64,000 nucleotides of DNA from Mobula hypostoma (Eukaryota): the NCBI RefSeq assembly GCF_963921235.1, contig NC_086118.1, positions 13,518,001-13,582,000 on the forward strand. The letters run 5' to 3'. This document shows positions 40,139 through 52,694 of the stretch, in pieces. The position numbers and the translations under genes were made by a program. Position 1 is the stretch's first letter. Each line of letters opens with the position of its first letter. The notes beneath the pieces were generated by a model. It saw only the letters and a list, made by a program, of their open reading frames with translations, did not search any database and was not told the DNA's origin.

Positions 40139-40856
40139 AAAGGACCTGTCCCTACATCTCCTCTCTTGCCACCATTCAGGGCCCCAAACAGTCCTTCCAA
40201 GTGAGGCAACACTTCACTTTTGAGTCTGTTGGGGTCATCTATTGCATCCGGTGCTCCCGGTGTGGCCTCCTCTACATCGGTGAAACCCAACGCAGATTGG
40301 GGGACTACTTCGTCGAGCACCTCCGCTCTGTCTACCAAAACAGACAGGATCTCCCAGTAGCCACCCACTTCAACTCTGCTTCCCATTCCCATTCAGATAT
40401 GTCCATTCATGGCCTCCTCTACTGCCATGATGAGGCTAAACTCCAGCCCCTTGGTATGAACATAGAATTCTGGTAATTCCCTCCCCCTCCCTCCCCTATC
40501 CCTATGTCACTCCTCCCCCTCCCCCAGCTGCCTACCTCCTCCCTCTTGATTCCGCCCTCCTCTACTACCCATTGTGTTTTCCCCTATTCTTTCTTCACCT
40601 TTCCAGCCTTTCCCCTCCCCCACCCCTTTATCTTTCCCCTTACTGGTTTTTCTTCTGGAACCTACCAGCCTTCTCCTTCCCACCCTCCCCCACCCTCTTT
40701 ATAGGGCCTCTGCCCCTTCCCTCTACAGTCCTGACGAAGGGTTCTGGCCCGAAACGTCGACCGATCTTTTCCACTGATGCTGCCCGACCTGCTGAGTTCC
40801 TCCGGCATGTTGTGAGTGTTGCTTTGACCCCAGCATCTGCAGACTATTTTGTGTTA
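40139..40856 (+). mobile_element. Penelope-like element 3' portion (GIY-YIG plus pseudo-LTR)
   Basis: VIYCIRCSRCGLLYIGETQRRLGDYFVEH...HFNS. Same subfamily as 28175-28966. Confidence 0.92.
40728..40761 (+). ncRNA. Minimal type I hammerhead ribozyme, intact core
   Basis: GTC-CTGACGA-AGGGTTCTGGCCC-GAAAC-GTC-GAC; predicted cleavage after C40758. Confidence 0.8.
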
Positions 40857-40909
40857 ACAAAGGACAGTTCTTGTCGGAACATTGCAGTCCACGCAGAGCT
40901 CCGAGCATG

Positions 40910-41260
40910 TTCTCACTGGAGTGTAGAAGAATGAGGGGGGATCTCATTGAAACCTGTTGAATATTGAAAGTCCTAGATAGCATGGATGTAGAGATGTTTC
41001 CTATAATGGGAGAGTCTACTGCCAGAGGGTACAGCATAGAGGATGTCCCTTTAGAACAGAGATGAGAAGGAATTTCATTAGCCAAAGGTTGTTAAATCTG
41101 TGGAATTCATTACCACAGACGGCTGTCATTGGTTATATTTAAAGCAGAGATTGATATGTTCTTGAATAATAAGGATCTCAAGGGTTATAGGGAGATGGGA
41201 GGAACAGACACAATGGGCCAAATGGCCTCATTCTACTCTCATGTTTTTATGGTTTTATAT
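40910..41260 (+). mobile_element. CR1 3' fragment
   Basis: Reads SLECRRMRGDLIET..., followed by a CR1-type 3' UTR. Confidence 0.8.
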
Positions 41261-41995
41261 GACAGCAATCTGGGCTTGATTTTTTGTCTTTTGGCTACCC
41301 TTTAACGGCATTCAAATGAATAAATTATTTTGTGTTTCCTGTGATGCTTTGATTCAAGGATGATCACTATTTTTGCTGAATGTTGGTTCAATTTCGCAAC
41401 AGGAAATAAACCTTAATATGAATGAGGTTTTATACTGATTACCTGTGATCCAATAATTACCAGACTGCCAATTAAGGTCAGACTTGTTCTTCGTGTCTTG
41501 TAGGTTTTAATTGGACCTATCGATACTCTGCCTCCAGTACTGCAATCAAACTCTTTTGTTAGTGGCTGAAGAGTACAATTAGTGTGAAGAGTACAATTAG
41601 TGTGTGATTAGTGGATAATGTCTCTTTATACCTGAGGCAATGTATTTCAATGGACTTTAAGTGGCTGATTAATTGCAATCAGTGCAACCGTTGTCAATCA
41701 TTTGCTACTCAATATTCAATTTTGGCCAAGTGTGAAATTTATTGCTTTGTATTCCTAGAAACCTCACCTTGATTGACAGTTGCAGTGGCAACAGGACAAG
41801 AGAGTTGCCAGTTCGGCTGGAGAACAATTTTATAGTCTGTGTGTGACGGATTCCTCATTATCTTGTCATTCCTGGAAATTCCATAAAAAATGCAGTATTC
41901 CAGAATACTGGCTTTGATTGGTAAACAATAAAAACTTGTTTCAAAAATTAATTACAATTCACAATCAAAAAATATGAGAAATAGATCTAAAATAA

Positions 41996-42135
41996 TAAAC
42001 ACGAGAAAGTCTGCAGATGCTGGAAATCCATAGCAACTCACATACATAATGCTGGAGGAACTCAGCAGGTCACGTAGCATCTATGGAAATGAATAAACAG
42101 TTGACATTTCTGGCTGAGAACCTTCTTCAGGACTG
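41996..42135 (-). repeat. Solo Penelope-type terminal repeat with a near-intact hammerhead motif (42098-42135)
   Basis: Reverse complement reads CAGTC-CTGAAGA-AGGTTCTCAGCCA-GAAA-TGTC-AACTG, followed by the conserved GATGCT...CCAGCATCTGCAGA tail. Confidence 0.75.
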
Positions 42136-42635
42136 AGATCTAAAAATATCCCTGGAATGAGCATCTCAAAGAGGAAAGGAAGCAATTATCTGGGTTCACG
42201 TCAGCAACATTGGGCCAGACAGCTAGTTCATCCCATGGAGAGCAAGTAATATGCTGAGGGTGGGTGACACAGTGCACATTATGGTGCGGATATTGGCACC
42301 TCCACCCTAAAGATTGATCAGAACAATCTGACCCCTTCTTCTGCTCCAGGACTCACTACTGAGTCCAGAAGGGCTGTGAATTGCTTAAGAGAGAAACCTA
42401 ATGTGCTTTGTTCCGTCAGCTTTACCCAGACAGAGGACGGGGTTAGCATTTTAAAGAGCATGTTTTTGTTTAGATTTTTATTTCAATGTATACTTATAAT
42501 TAACTAAGAGCTGTTTTAATCTATTTGAAATAAATAACTTTTAACCTTAAATGTAACTTTTAATGATCTGGTTATTTTTTTCCTATTTTTGTTTAGAAGT
42601 TGCTGGTGTCTTTAGGCATCTGGAGATAGTGAATA

Positions 42636-43367
42636 CAGTCGGCCCTCCTTATCTGCGAGGGATTGGTTCTGAGACCCTCTGTGGATGCTCAAGTCCCTTA
42701 TTTATCCTGTCTCAGTGCGGGTGGACTTTAGGACCCAGGGCAGCACAGGACCCGCTGCGCTCAGTGTTTCTGTTCCATTGACTTATAATACCCAATATAA
42801 TGTAAATGCTATGTAAATAGTTGTTATACTGTATTATTTAGGGAATAATGACAAGGAAAAGCAGTCTGTACATATTCAGTACAGACGCAACCATTGTAGC
42901 TCTTCTGGGAACGCTGTTGCTGCCTCAGCATCAGCCGATGCCAATTCTCCCGTGATCTTTAAGTTCTTGAGGTTGTAGCTCTTTACATAGCCAGCCAGCC
43001 ATCCCTAGCACTAACACTTTCACAAATTTCAGCTTCTTTCTGCTCTATTGTACAAATGCTCAATTCGTTCTTACCGACCTTACAGCTCACTTTGGAATGT
43101 GACATGCCACTTTTCAAAAGATCTAATATTTCTAATTTCTTGGTGAGAGAGAGCACTTTACACTCCCTCTTGCCTTTGAGGAATTGCTTTGATCACGTAA
43201 TTGCTTTTTAGGGGCCATTTTTTCACAGAAACAAAGTAGCGAACGAATGAGACGCGAGGCGAACAATGCTCGAACAATGAGTGCTGGAGAGAGAACTTCC
43301 GGGTTTTCCCAATTCACGGTCAGTTGAATTCGCGCATGCGGAACTCGCGGATAAGGAGGACCGACTG
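42636..43367 (-). mobile_element. Tigger/pogo-like (Tc1-mariner superfamily) internally deleted DNA transposon
   Basis: TIRs CAGTCGGCCCTCCTTATCTGCG / CGCGGATAAGGAGGACCGACTG, with TA on both sides. Minus-strand remnant MAPKK...VLSLTKKLEILDLLKSGMSHSKV resembles a CENP-B-type N-terminal HTH. Confidence 0.9.
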
Positions 43368-43876
43368 TAGGTGTAATTCTGAGCTGTCAGAGATGTGGAG
43401 ATCTGATTTGTTGACCTTTCACAGCAGAGCAAACTCTTACGAGAGCAGTGGATGCCCTGTGGTGAATGGGTCTCAGGTAAAGTGTCCTGATGTCCTACCC
43501 CAGAAAACTTGGACACAGCTTTCTGACAACTCACTGATTTTAAAATGGTTTCTTAACAACTTACAGTCACAAGCATTTAAGTGTAATTCAAATTGATTTA
43601 AATAATTAAGTATATAAATATAATTTTAAAAATTTATCATTTCAGTACATCAAAATACTGAGAAGTAAACAAAATAAACTAAAGTCATATACTTATTTCC
43701 ATTGTCACCACCCACACACTGACCCACCCTGTGGGTGTGATGTGACCTCTCTGATCAGTATGCCATGGCTCAGTGGTGCCTCCTTGAAGGAGCACACAGA
43801 CAGATAGTATTTGACCCCAGCTTCTTCTTTTTTTGATTTTTTATGGTGGTTGGCAGTCCAACTTAAAGATTCATTA

Positions 43877-44387
43877 CATAGAAACATAGAAACATAGAAA
43901 ATAGGTGCAGGAGTAGGCCGTTCGGCCCTTTGAGCCTGCACCGCCATTCAGTATGATCATGGCTGATCATGCAACTCAGAACCCTATACCAGCCTTCCCT
44001 CCATACCCCCTGATCCCTTTAGCCACAAGGGTCATATCTAACTCCCTCTTAAATATAGCCAATGAACTGGCCTCAACTGTTTCCTGTGGTAGAGAATTCC
44101 ACAGATTCACCACTCTGTGTGTGAAGAAGTTTTTCCTAATCTCGGTCCTAAAAGGCTTCCCTTTTATCCTCAAATTGTGACCCCTCGTTCTGGACTTCCC
44201 CAATATCGGGAACAATCTTCCTGCATCTAGCCTGTCCAATCCCTTTAGGATTTTATACATTTCAATAAGATCCCCCCTCAGTCTTCTAAATTCCAACGAG
44301 TATAAGCCCAGTTGATCCAGTCTTTCATCATATGAAAGTCCTGCCATCCCAGGAATCAATCTGGTGAATCTTCTTTGTACTCCCTCT
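43877..44387 (-). mobile_element. Young CR1 3' end
   Basis: LGLYSLEFRRLRGDLIEMYK...FFTHRVVNLWNSLP with a (CATAGAAA)3 tail. Confidence 0.93.
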
Positions 44388-44602
44388 ATGGGAGGGGAAG
44401 AAAGGGGGAAGCGAGCACCAGAGGAAGATGGAGAACAGGCAAGGAGTAATTGTGAGAGGGAAAGAGAGAGAAAAAAAGAAAGTTAAAAGAAATAAATAAT
44501 AAATTAGGGTTGGAGTAAGAAGGTGCCTGGCCTGCTGTGTTCCACCAGCATTTTGTGTGTGTTGCTTGAATCTCCAGCATCTGCAGATTTTCTCGTGTTT
44601 GC
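44388..44602. repeat. Penelope-type pseudo-LTR fragments in inverted arrangement
   Basis: Purine-rich inverted UTR piece joined to a forward TGCCTGGCCTGCTG...CCAGCATCTGCAGA tail. Confidence 0.6.
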
Positions 44603-45056
44603 TTCCTCCAGCTTTCTGCATCTGTAGTCTCATTACATTTTTTTGTCTGTTCATGTGTCCATCTAAAATCTCTTAAATGCTCCTAACACTTCTACCACCT
44701 CCCTTTGGAGCACACTTCAGACCCCTACAAACCACTTCAGAGTGAAAAGAAAAGTATGCCTTGTGTTGTATAGTTGTAACATGATTTCCCAATTTATATA
44801 GTCAATGACGTGAATGAAGGAACGCATGCCAAACAACTTTTTCACAAAATTGTCTACCTGTATCACCGCTAACTGGAAACGATGCACCTAGTACACTTCC
44901 CAGGGCCCTGCTATTTACTGTGCAAGTTCTGCCCTGGTTTAAATAACCAAACTCCAACATTTTGCCATTGTCAAGTCAAGTCTATTGGCATTTCGACCAT
45001 AAGCTGCTGGGTACAGTACGCAGTAAAAACGAAACAACGTTCCTCCAGCACCCTGG

Positions 45057-45920
45057 TAGAAGCCTTTTCCCACTTTCTCAGTAGATCTACTGTAGATTTG
45101 GCTGTAAGCTTAGACATCCACCATCTACAATAGGATCCTACCACTGACTATATCTTTCCCACAAACCCTCCACCCCCCCCCCACTTTCTACAGGGATCAC
45201 TCTCCCTTGTCCAGAAATCATCCTCCAGGCAATTATCTATGCTAGCATGACAAGTGCTACACTTGCCCTTACACCTCTTCTATCAGCATCACTCAAGGCT
45301 CCAAACAGTCCTAGGTGAGACAAAATTTCACCTGCACGTCTGTGAGGGTCATCTAATGTACCTGGTGCAGGTTCTTTTACATCAATGAAACCCAACACAT
45401 TGGTGGATCACTTTGTCAAGCACCCTTGCTCTGTCCACCACAAAAGATGGGATTTCTCGATAGCCATCCACTTCAATTCAACTTCCCATTCCCTTCTGAC
45501 ATGTCAGTCCATAGCTTCCTCTAATGGCACATAGAGGAGCAATACCTCACATTCTGTCTGAGTAGCTGCCAACCTGATCACATGACAGTGATTTCTCTAA
45601 CTTCAGGTAATTCCTTCCCCTCCCTCTCTTTTTCAATTCCCCATTCTGGTTCCTCTGTCACCCCTCCTCCTTCCCTTTCTCCTATCAGATTCCTCCTTCT
45701 TCAGTCCTTTACCTCTTCCATCCCTTTTCCAACACCCACCTTCACCCTCACCTTTTTTCACTGAACATCTGCCAGCTTCCCCTCACTCACCATCTTATTC
45801 TGCTTTCTGCCCTTCCTTTTCCAGTCCTAATTAAGAGTCTCGGACCCAAACGTCAACTATTTATTCACCACCATAGATGTTGTCTGATTGGCTGAGTTCC
45901 TCCAGTATTTTGTGTATTGA
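45057..45920 (+). mobile_element. Old Penelope-like element remnant
   Basis: Diverged colinear match to 7810-8710 (TTCACCTGC...GGGTCATC, CACTTCAATTC, decayed hammerhead at ~45823-45858). Confidence 0.75.
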
Positions 45921-46094
45921 TCATAGTCAAACAGCTCCACCCTCCACCACACTAGCAATTTTGCTGTCATCCACAAACTTACCAAGCACGTCCACTACAT
46001 TCTCATGGAAATCAATACACCTGATAAACAACAGTGGACCCTGTGGCATATTATCCACCGGTCACAGACATCCAATCTGAAATACAATCCTCCA

Positions 46095-46660
46095 CCATTA
46101 CTGTCACCAACTGGAATGGATTTTGGCGTAGATGGAAAAAAAAATCACCTTATTACTTCTCTTTCAAATGAAAGATAAATTAGCCCCCAAAACCCTATAG
46201 ATTGTAAGTAATGAAAGTTGATACTGTGTATTAAATTAAAGTCAATCCTATAACTTAGTGCAGTTTTTAAGTGAAACCACAAGCCCCAAAGATGTCAATG
46301 AAGGCTGCATTTGATTTCTTTCAACCTTATATGCTTCACACTGTAACAGTATGTGTTCAACTGCTTCATAATGATGGCAAAACCTACACACCCCAGCATG
46401 ATTTTTCCAACAAGATCCAAGGAACAATTAAGCACAGGATGCCCAATTCTAAGTTGTGTCAAAATAATTCTCTCCCTTCTTGTTTTGCCCCCTTCTCCCA
46501 TAAACACAACAGTTTTATGTATATCTTAAAGGTGTCCCTTTATGCCCATTATCCCGCAAAGGTTGACCCTAGCTTGTCTCAGCCGTCTGCTTCTATCTGC
46601 ATACATGTGCAAGTTTGGGAATTGCTGAACCTGAACACTGATAGCCAGTGATTGCTTTAG
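46095..46660 (-). mobile_element. I-group (Nimb/I-like) LINE 3' remnant
   Basis: RRERIILTQLRIGHPVLN, then after a frameshift CRFCHHYEAVEHILLQC (CCHC). The 3' motif is CCAGTTGGTGACAGTAATG. Confidence 0.7.
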
Positions 46661-46699
46661 AACTGCCTTCTATAAGTATATATGAGATCTCCAAGTAAG

Positions 46700-47420
46700 A
46701 GCCAGCACATTAAGACAAAGAAGATAGTGGTAGACTTTAGGAAGACTAAGCCTGCACTGCTCCCTGTTACTCTTGATGGTGAGGACATGGATGTGATGAG
46801 GACCTGCAAGTTCTTGGGGGTGCACCTGGATGACAGACTTGGGTGAAGCACCAATACAGAGGCTGTGTACAAGAAGCGCCAGTCACCTCTACTTCCTGAG
46901 GAAATTGAGGTCCTTTGGAGTATGCAGGCCTGTCCTTCACATGTTCTACTGGCCTGTTGTTGCCAGAACAATCTTTTATGCGGTGGTGTGCTGGAGCAAT
47001 GACATCAATACAGGTGAAGCCAACTGATGAGAAAGGGTGGCTCTGTCATGGGAGTCAGACTAGACACACTGGAGGCTGTGGTAGAACAAAGGATCCTACG
47101 GAAGATCCTGGCTATTCTGGACAATGTTTCTCACCCTCTGCATGCCACCTTGGCTGAACAGAGGAGCACTTTTAGTAATAGACTAAGACAACTGCACTGC
47201 TCCAAAGAGCGCTATATGAGGTCATTCTTACTCTCACCCATTAGGCTCAATAATGAGTCAACCTCTAGCTGGGAAGTGATGACTCCCTCCAGTTAGACCG
47301 TTTGAGGTAACTTATGTTTTATTCTTTATTACTTCTTTTCTAATACTTGTGTATCTGTGCACTTGTAATGCTAATGTGACACTAATTTCCTTTGGGATCA
47401 ATAAAGTACAGTATCTATCC
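46700..47420 (+). mobile_element. Rex1/Babar 3' fragment
   Basis: KTKKIVVDFRK, HLYFLRKLRSF and SHPLH...RYMRSFL, with GGGATCAATAAAGTA near the end. Confidence 0.85.
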
Positions 47421-48383
47421 ATCTTAACTCATGATTCAATCTTCTTCTTGGGAAATCCAAAAGTGAGCCAAACTGTTTGCAATCTTCTCTTATATTGGCT
47501 CTGGGAATGAGATCCGGACCATGGGTTCATTCAGCTATTCATTCAGAAGACCTTTACACTTGTCCACTCCAACACTTCTATTTTCATTGCAAACATCTGC
47601 TCATAAACATACAATAACAAACTCAATTTAACTTCAGTTTATGTTGGCTGCCAATCTAGTTTGATTTAGATTTTAATACATTCACCTTGTTTTCAGATTT
47701 CACAGAGTCTCTGACCAGAAACATTTACTTTGTTACTCTTCTGTTAGTTCTGGTCTGACCTGTTGAGTATTTCCAGCATTTTCTGTTCTTGTTTTAGATT
47801 TCCACCCTGGCCACGTCCTCAGAGCTCTGTTATCTCCCATCATCTTCTCGCCTTCTGAGAAACTAACACCTCCTCAATTCTGGCCGCTTGATCATTATTG
47901 AACTTAATTATCCCACTGAATTTAAGTGCTTTGCTGTTAACTTTAGTTGGCAAGACTCTAAGCTGTAACATTCACTTCACTGGTCTTTCTGTTTTTCTAT
48001 GTATTCCTTCCTCAGAGTTTTCTTGTAAGATTTCTTGTAAAAGAAACATTTTTCCTATTTTTTGCAATAATGCCTTATTTCAGAGTTAAATTTCATTTGC
48101 TAACACTGTTACAAAGATATATGACATTTTTTTTTCTACCTTAGAAGAGCTAAATAAGCACTATAATTGTAATTATTTATAAATTTTCTATGATGTGACA
48201 TTTTCAGATGCAAGGTGAGTTTTATTAATCAGAATCAGATTTAATATCACCAGCATGTTGTGAAATTTGTTGATATGTGGCAGTATTATATTGTGATATG
48301 TAATAATAAAAACTGTGAATTACAGTAAGCATAGATATAAAATAGTTGAATATGTAATGCAAAAAATTATAATATAAACTATA

Positions 48384-48453
48384 GTACTGTGCAAAAGTCT
48401 TAGATAGATATACATATATAGCTAGGGTGCCTAAGACTTTTGCACAGTGCTGT
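48384..48453. mobile_element. Very short Tc1-type MITE; a diverged relative lies at ~23500-23572
   Basis: Inverted termini ACTGTGCAAAAGTCTTAG / CTAAGACTTTTGCACAGT. Confidence 0.7.
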
Positions 48454-48549
48454 GTGCCTATGTAGAGTATTCGCTGCAGAGGTAGGTATAAAACTCAATG
48501 TAAGAGCACTGTGATTTTCCCATTGTCTCTGGCAGCACTCTTTCCTCTG

Positions 48550-50235
48550 AGATTTAATATCATCATCCCCTCAAAACTAATCAGTAAACTCCAAAACCTG
48601 GGCCTCAATACCCCCTTGTACAATTGGATCCTGGATTTCCTCACTTGTAGACCCCAATCAGTATGGATTGGCCAAAGCATCTCCTCCACCATCTCCATCA
48701 GCACAGGAACACCACAGGGATGTGAGCTTAGCCCCTGCTCTACTTGCTTTACACCTTTGACTGTGTGGCCAAGTACAGCTTCAACACCATATATGAGTTT
48801 GCTAACAACAGAACTGCTATATCAAAGGGGATGATGAATCAGCATACAGGAGGGAGATTAAAAACTTGGCTGAATGGTGTAATAACAACAACCCCTCATT
48901 CAATGTCAATAAGGTCAAGAAACTGACTGAAACTTTAGAAGAGGGAAACCAAAGGTCTATGAACCAGTATTCATCAGAGGATCAGAGGAGGAGAGGGTCA
49001 GCAGCTTTAAATTCCTGGGTGTCACTATCTCAGAGGACATGTCCTGGACCCATCATATAAATATTATTGTGAAGAAAGCACACCAGTGCCTCTTCTTCCT
49101 CAGGAGTCTGCAGAGGTTTAACATGTCATCGAAAACCTTGGCATACTTCTATAGATCTATGGTGGAAAGTGTGCCGACTGGCTGCATTACATCCTGGTAT
49201 GGGAACACCAATGCCTTTGAACAGAAAATCCCACAAAAGGTAGTGGACTCAGACTAGTACATCCCAACCATTGAGAATATCTAAACAAAATGTTGCTGTA
49301 GAAAAAGCAACACCCATCATCAAAGATCCTCACCACCTAAGCCATACTTTTCTCGCTGCTGCCATCAGGTAGAAGGTACAGGTGCCTCAGGACTCACATT
49401 GCCAGGTTCAAGAACAGTTACTACCCCTTAACCATCAGACTCTTGAACAAAAGGGTGTAAGATTTAAGATAAAGTTTAAGGTTTATTTTATTTCTTACAT
49501 CCATCTCACAAAATGAGAGAGTGAAAATCTTTATGTCTCCGTCGCAATGTACAAGCAATAAGAAGAGAAATGTGGGAGGATATTACCCATACACTAAAGT
49601 TGTATGCATAATTATTTTGTACACAAGTACGTACAGTCTGATACACAATCGGATCAATATACAGTCAGATATGGAATCAGAAATTGATGAATCTGATGGC
49701 CAGGTGAAAGAAGCTCTCCGGAGCCTGTTCGTCCAAGCTTAAATGCTGTGGTACCGTTTGCCGGACGGAAACGGTTGAAACAGTTTGTGGTTGGGGTGGC
49801 TGGAGTCCCTGATGATCCTTTGGGCCCTTTTTATGCACCTGCTGCTGTAAATGCCCTGAACAGAGGGAAGCTCAAATCCACAGATGCTCTGGGCTGTCCG
49901 CACCACTGTCTGCAGTGCCCTGCGATTGAGATTAGTACAGTTACTGTACCAGACTGTGACGCAGCCAGTCAGGATGCACTCGATGGTGCCCCTGTAGAAA
50001 GTCCTGAGGATTTGAGGACCTACAATAAATAAAGGACTCTGTTACATTGTTATATTGATGGACATTATATTGTTATTTCACATTTGTTATTTATTTATAT
50101 CTGCATTTGCACAGTTTGTTTATAGTTTACAGTTACTGTTCTATAGATTTGCTAAGTATGTCCACAGAAAAAAGAACCTCAGGGTTGTATGTGGTAACAT
50201 ACGTGTACTCTGATAATAAATTTTACTTTGAACTT
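48550..50235 (+). mobile_element. Rex1/Babar fragment with a nested minus-strand 3' fragment of another Rex1-like subfamily (~49460-50020)
   Basis: [18 protein letters not shown]...STGTPQGC and CLFFLRSLQRF. The host 3' UTR resumes at ~50030. Confidence 0.8.
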
Positions 50236-50991
50236 TCTCATGCTCAAATTGAGCAAGTATCCAGCGCTCATGCTCTGCTGATTGGGGAGTTGTTCAGAGC
50301 ATTGTTCTACTGAGCTGAATAAACACAACTAAAGCCTTGTGGTAGTATTCAAAAATCTGAGACTTTTCTGGGAACTCCTTTTGTAACTAATATAAGCAAC
50401 AGATTAATTATTCATTCGTCTCACTGCTGTTACGGTTGATCTTGTTTTGTGTAAAAGACTGCCAAGTGTGCTTAAGTACCAAACAGCAGATGCACCTAAA
50501 ATAATTCATTGCATGAATCTTTTTTTTTCCTGTTTCAATGCATTAACATACTACGTAAGTCCAAGTCTTTCTATTTTGAAACTGAGTTGGAAATGAAAAC
50601 ACATAAATCTGTCACAAATTGAAGTGAAATGTATAGAAATTAAACTGGTACTGAAATTATTGAATAAAATCAGTACTGGTACAAAAGATATGGAATAAAG
50701 TAGCATGTCCCTTAGCTCATTGAGTCTAGGCCAAACATTGTGTGCTCACTTACTCCAGTCATGCAGTAATGCCATTTTATTCTCTGTAGGAGGAAATTAG
50801 AGCATCCAGGCCAAACAATATAGTTATAAAAAGATGTAAACTTCACCCAGACAGCACCCAAGGGCAGGATTGAACATGGGCTGCTCCTACTACTCCAACT
50901 AAGACAGAGTTAAATTCCTGAGGACAAGAAACAAGATTTCTGGAATTCTGCAAACAATTCTGCTGTTTTCTAGTATATAATTGCAGACATG

Positions 50992-51643
50992 TGTAACAGC
51001 CTTTTCCCCCACTGACCCCCCCCCCACCATTGTCTAGGGTGAATAGCTGTTGACCCTGCCAAACAGTGCAAATGCTTTGGTGCGGATAAAGTGTGAGTCG
51101 CCCAATGATCAGCCACGACGCAAATATGAAACAATATACAAAGTGCGAGTAAAAAATGATACTTTATAGCAAATTTTGGTGATGGGTTAGTAGCAACAAC
51201 TAAAAGAAAAGGCGCCACATAAGTAACTTATTGGTCTTGTGCACATAATACTTCAACGCGTTGGAGCTCACGCCTCTAATTCCATCCACAACAGCCTTCT
51301 GAAACTCAGGCCACCTTCCGAACCCCCGAGGTCCGGTATCCGCCACCCTGGAAGCGCCGTCCATTCCTCACACATCCGTCCTCTCTGCTCGCCTCCTGAC
51401 AAAGCCCGCACTCCTCAACTCAGCACACATATACAAGATAACAGAACATGACTTCCATTGGTTAACAAATGAACGCAGTTTCCATTATCACATTGTATAA
51501 CCCAAACATTGCTGTTACAGAGAACCCCTTGCTCAGCAGTTAACAGTACGAGAAGCCATTTTAATATAACACCTCAGAGAAGCCATTATGATAATAAGCA
51601 ATTAACAGTTAACAGTCCGTCCAGTATTACTGAGAGCCCCACA
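50992..51643 (-). mobile_element. Solo LTR (Gypsy-type) with a 4-bp TSD
   Basis: TG...CA termini with CATG at 50988-50991 and 51644-51647. Shares blocks (CGTTGGAGCTCA, AGAAGCCATTTTAA) with the LTR at 61116-61744. Confidence 0.85.
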
Positions 51644-52694
51644 CATGAGTGTAACAACCATTCAAAATTTTACTAACTGTACATTGTAATGGAAATGTAC
51701 ATTGTAATGTTACCAAGGATATATTAGTAGTCCACTTATGGTGAGAAATTCTAGGAGCAATTTCAGGAGAGCTGAAGATCCTGTATTTTCCTCAAGTTTC
51801 CCAGTAACACTGTAAAAGAGCTGGTAAATGATATGTTAACCAATTGACTTCCACACTTTAATAGAGCTCGGGATAGAAGGGATCAGTAGTTTTTTTAAAA
51901 GGAAAGGTTTTGGTTCTGAAGACATGAGGATTCCTATTACACTTACAGGGTTAATAAGGTACAACTCATGGCACTGTTAAAGAGAACAGTGAAATGTAGA
52001 AGTTCAAGATAAAGTGCTGCATAACAAGAGAATGAGCTGACAGTGTGACTAAACCATTGCAATAGTGGAAAACAAACGTATCCAATTCCCTTGCGCTATC
52101 AAAATTGACTAAAACTCACGCTTCTGTCTCTGAGATTCCAGTCCTCATGAAAGTAAGCTATCTCTGCAGAAAAGTCCATGCAATTTTGAACATGAAGATT
52201 GCAATTTATATTATTTTTCTCAGCATGGCTTTGAAGTCAAGCCGTGTGCTTGAACTCTTTATCGATTTAATCAGCTGCCTAAGAAGAGATTTGTGTGTAA
52301 GGCAAGCATGGTGTTTTACTGGAGTGTGATAAATGTAGGCTATTTTGTTTTGGATCATCTCATACTTTCTCTGAAAATGACTAATTGTTCAAGTCAGTCT
52401 CCCACACTCTGTGATAGCAAAATAGCAAAAGTTACCCTCCAGAGGAGAGATAATGAAGTCATTGGGCAAGGTCCTAGCAAAGCAGCTCATCGAATACATC
52501 TCTTTAAGAGGAAGCAGACATTCCCAGCTGGGAATAGGATTACTGGCCATGTGCTCAACAAAACAAGTATGTCGTTGGATCAGGTGAAAATATATCACAA
52601 GGAGATTAACAGATGAATGGTGTAGATTGAAAGGTGAAGTTCACTTGATAGGCTGAAGGGTGCAGAGAGTAGATTTGTCTCTAAACAGATTAGA

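Noticed and set aside
43425..43476. Candidate plus-strand exon (TTTCACAG...CAG|GTAAAG)
   Set aside because: The splice-like signals could arise by chance, the peptide is unrecognisable, and there are no partner exons.
51950..52660. Short ORFs in unique sequence (also 13464-13796, 58862-59101 and 2221-2412) as host genes
   Set aside because: No recognisable domains, no consistent splice structure, and lengths expected by chance.
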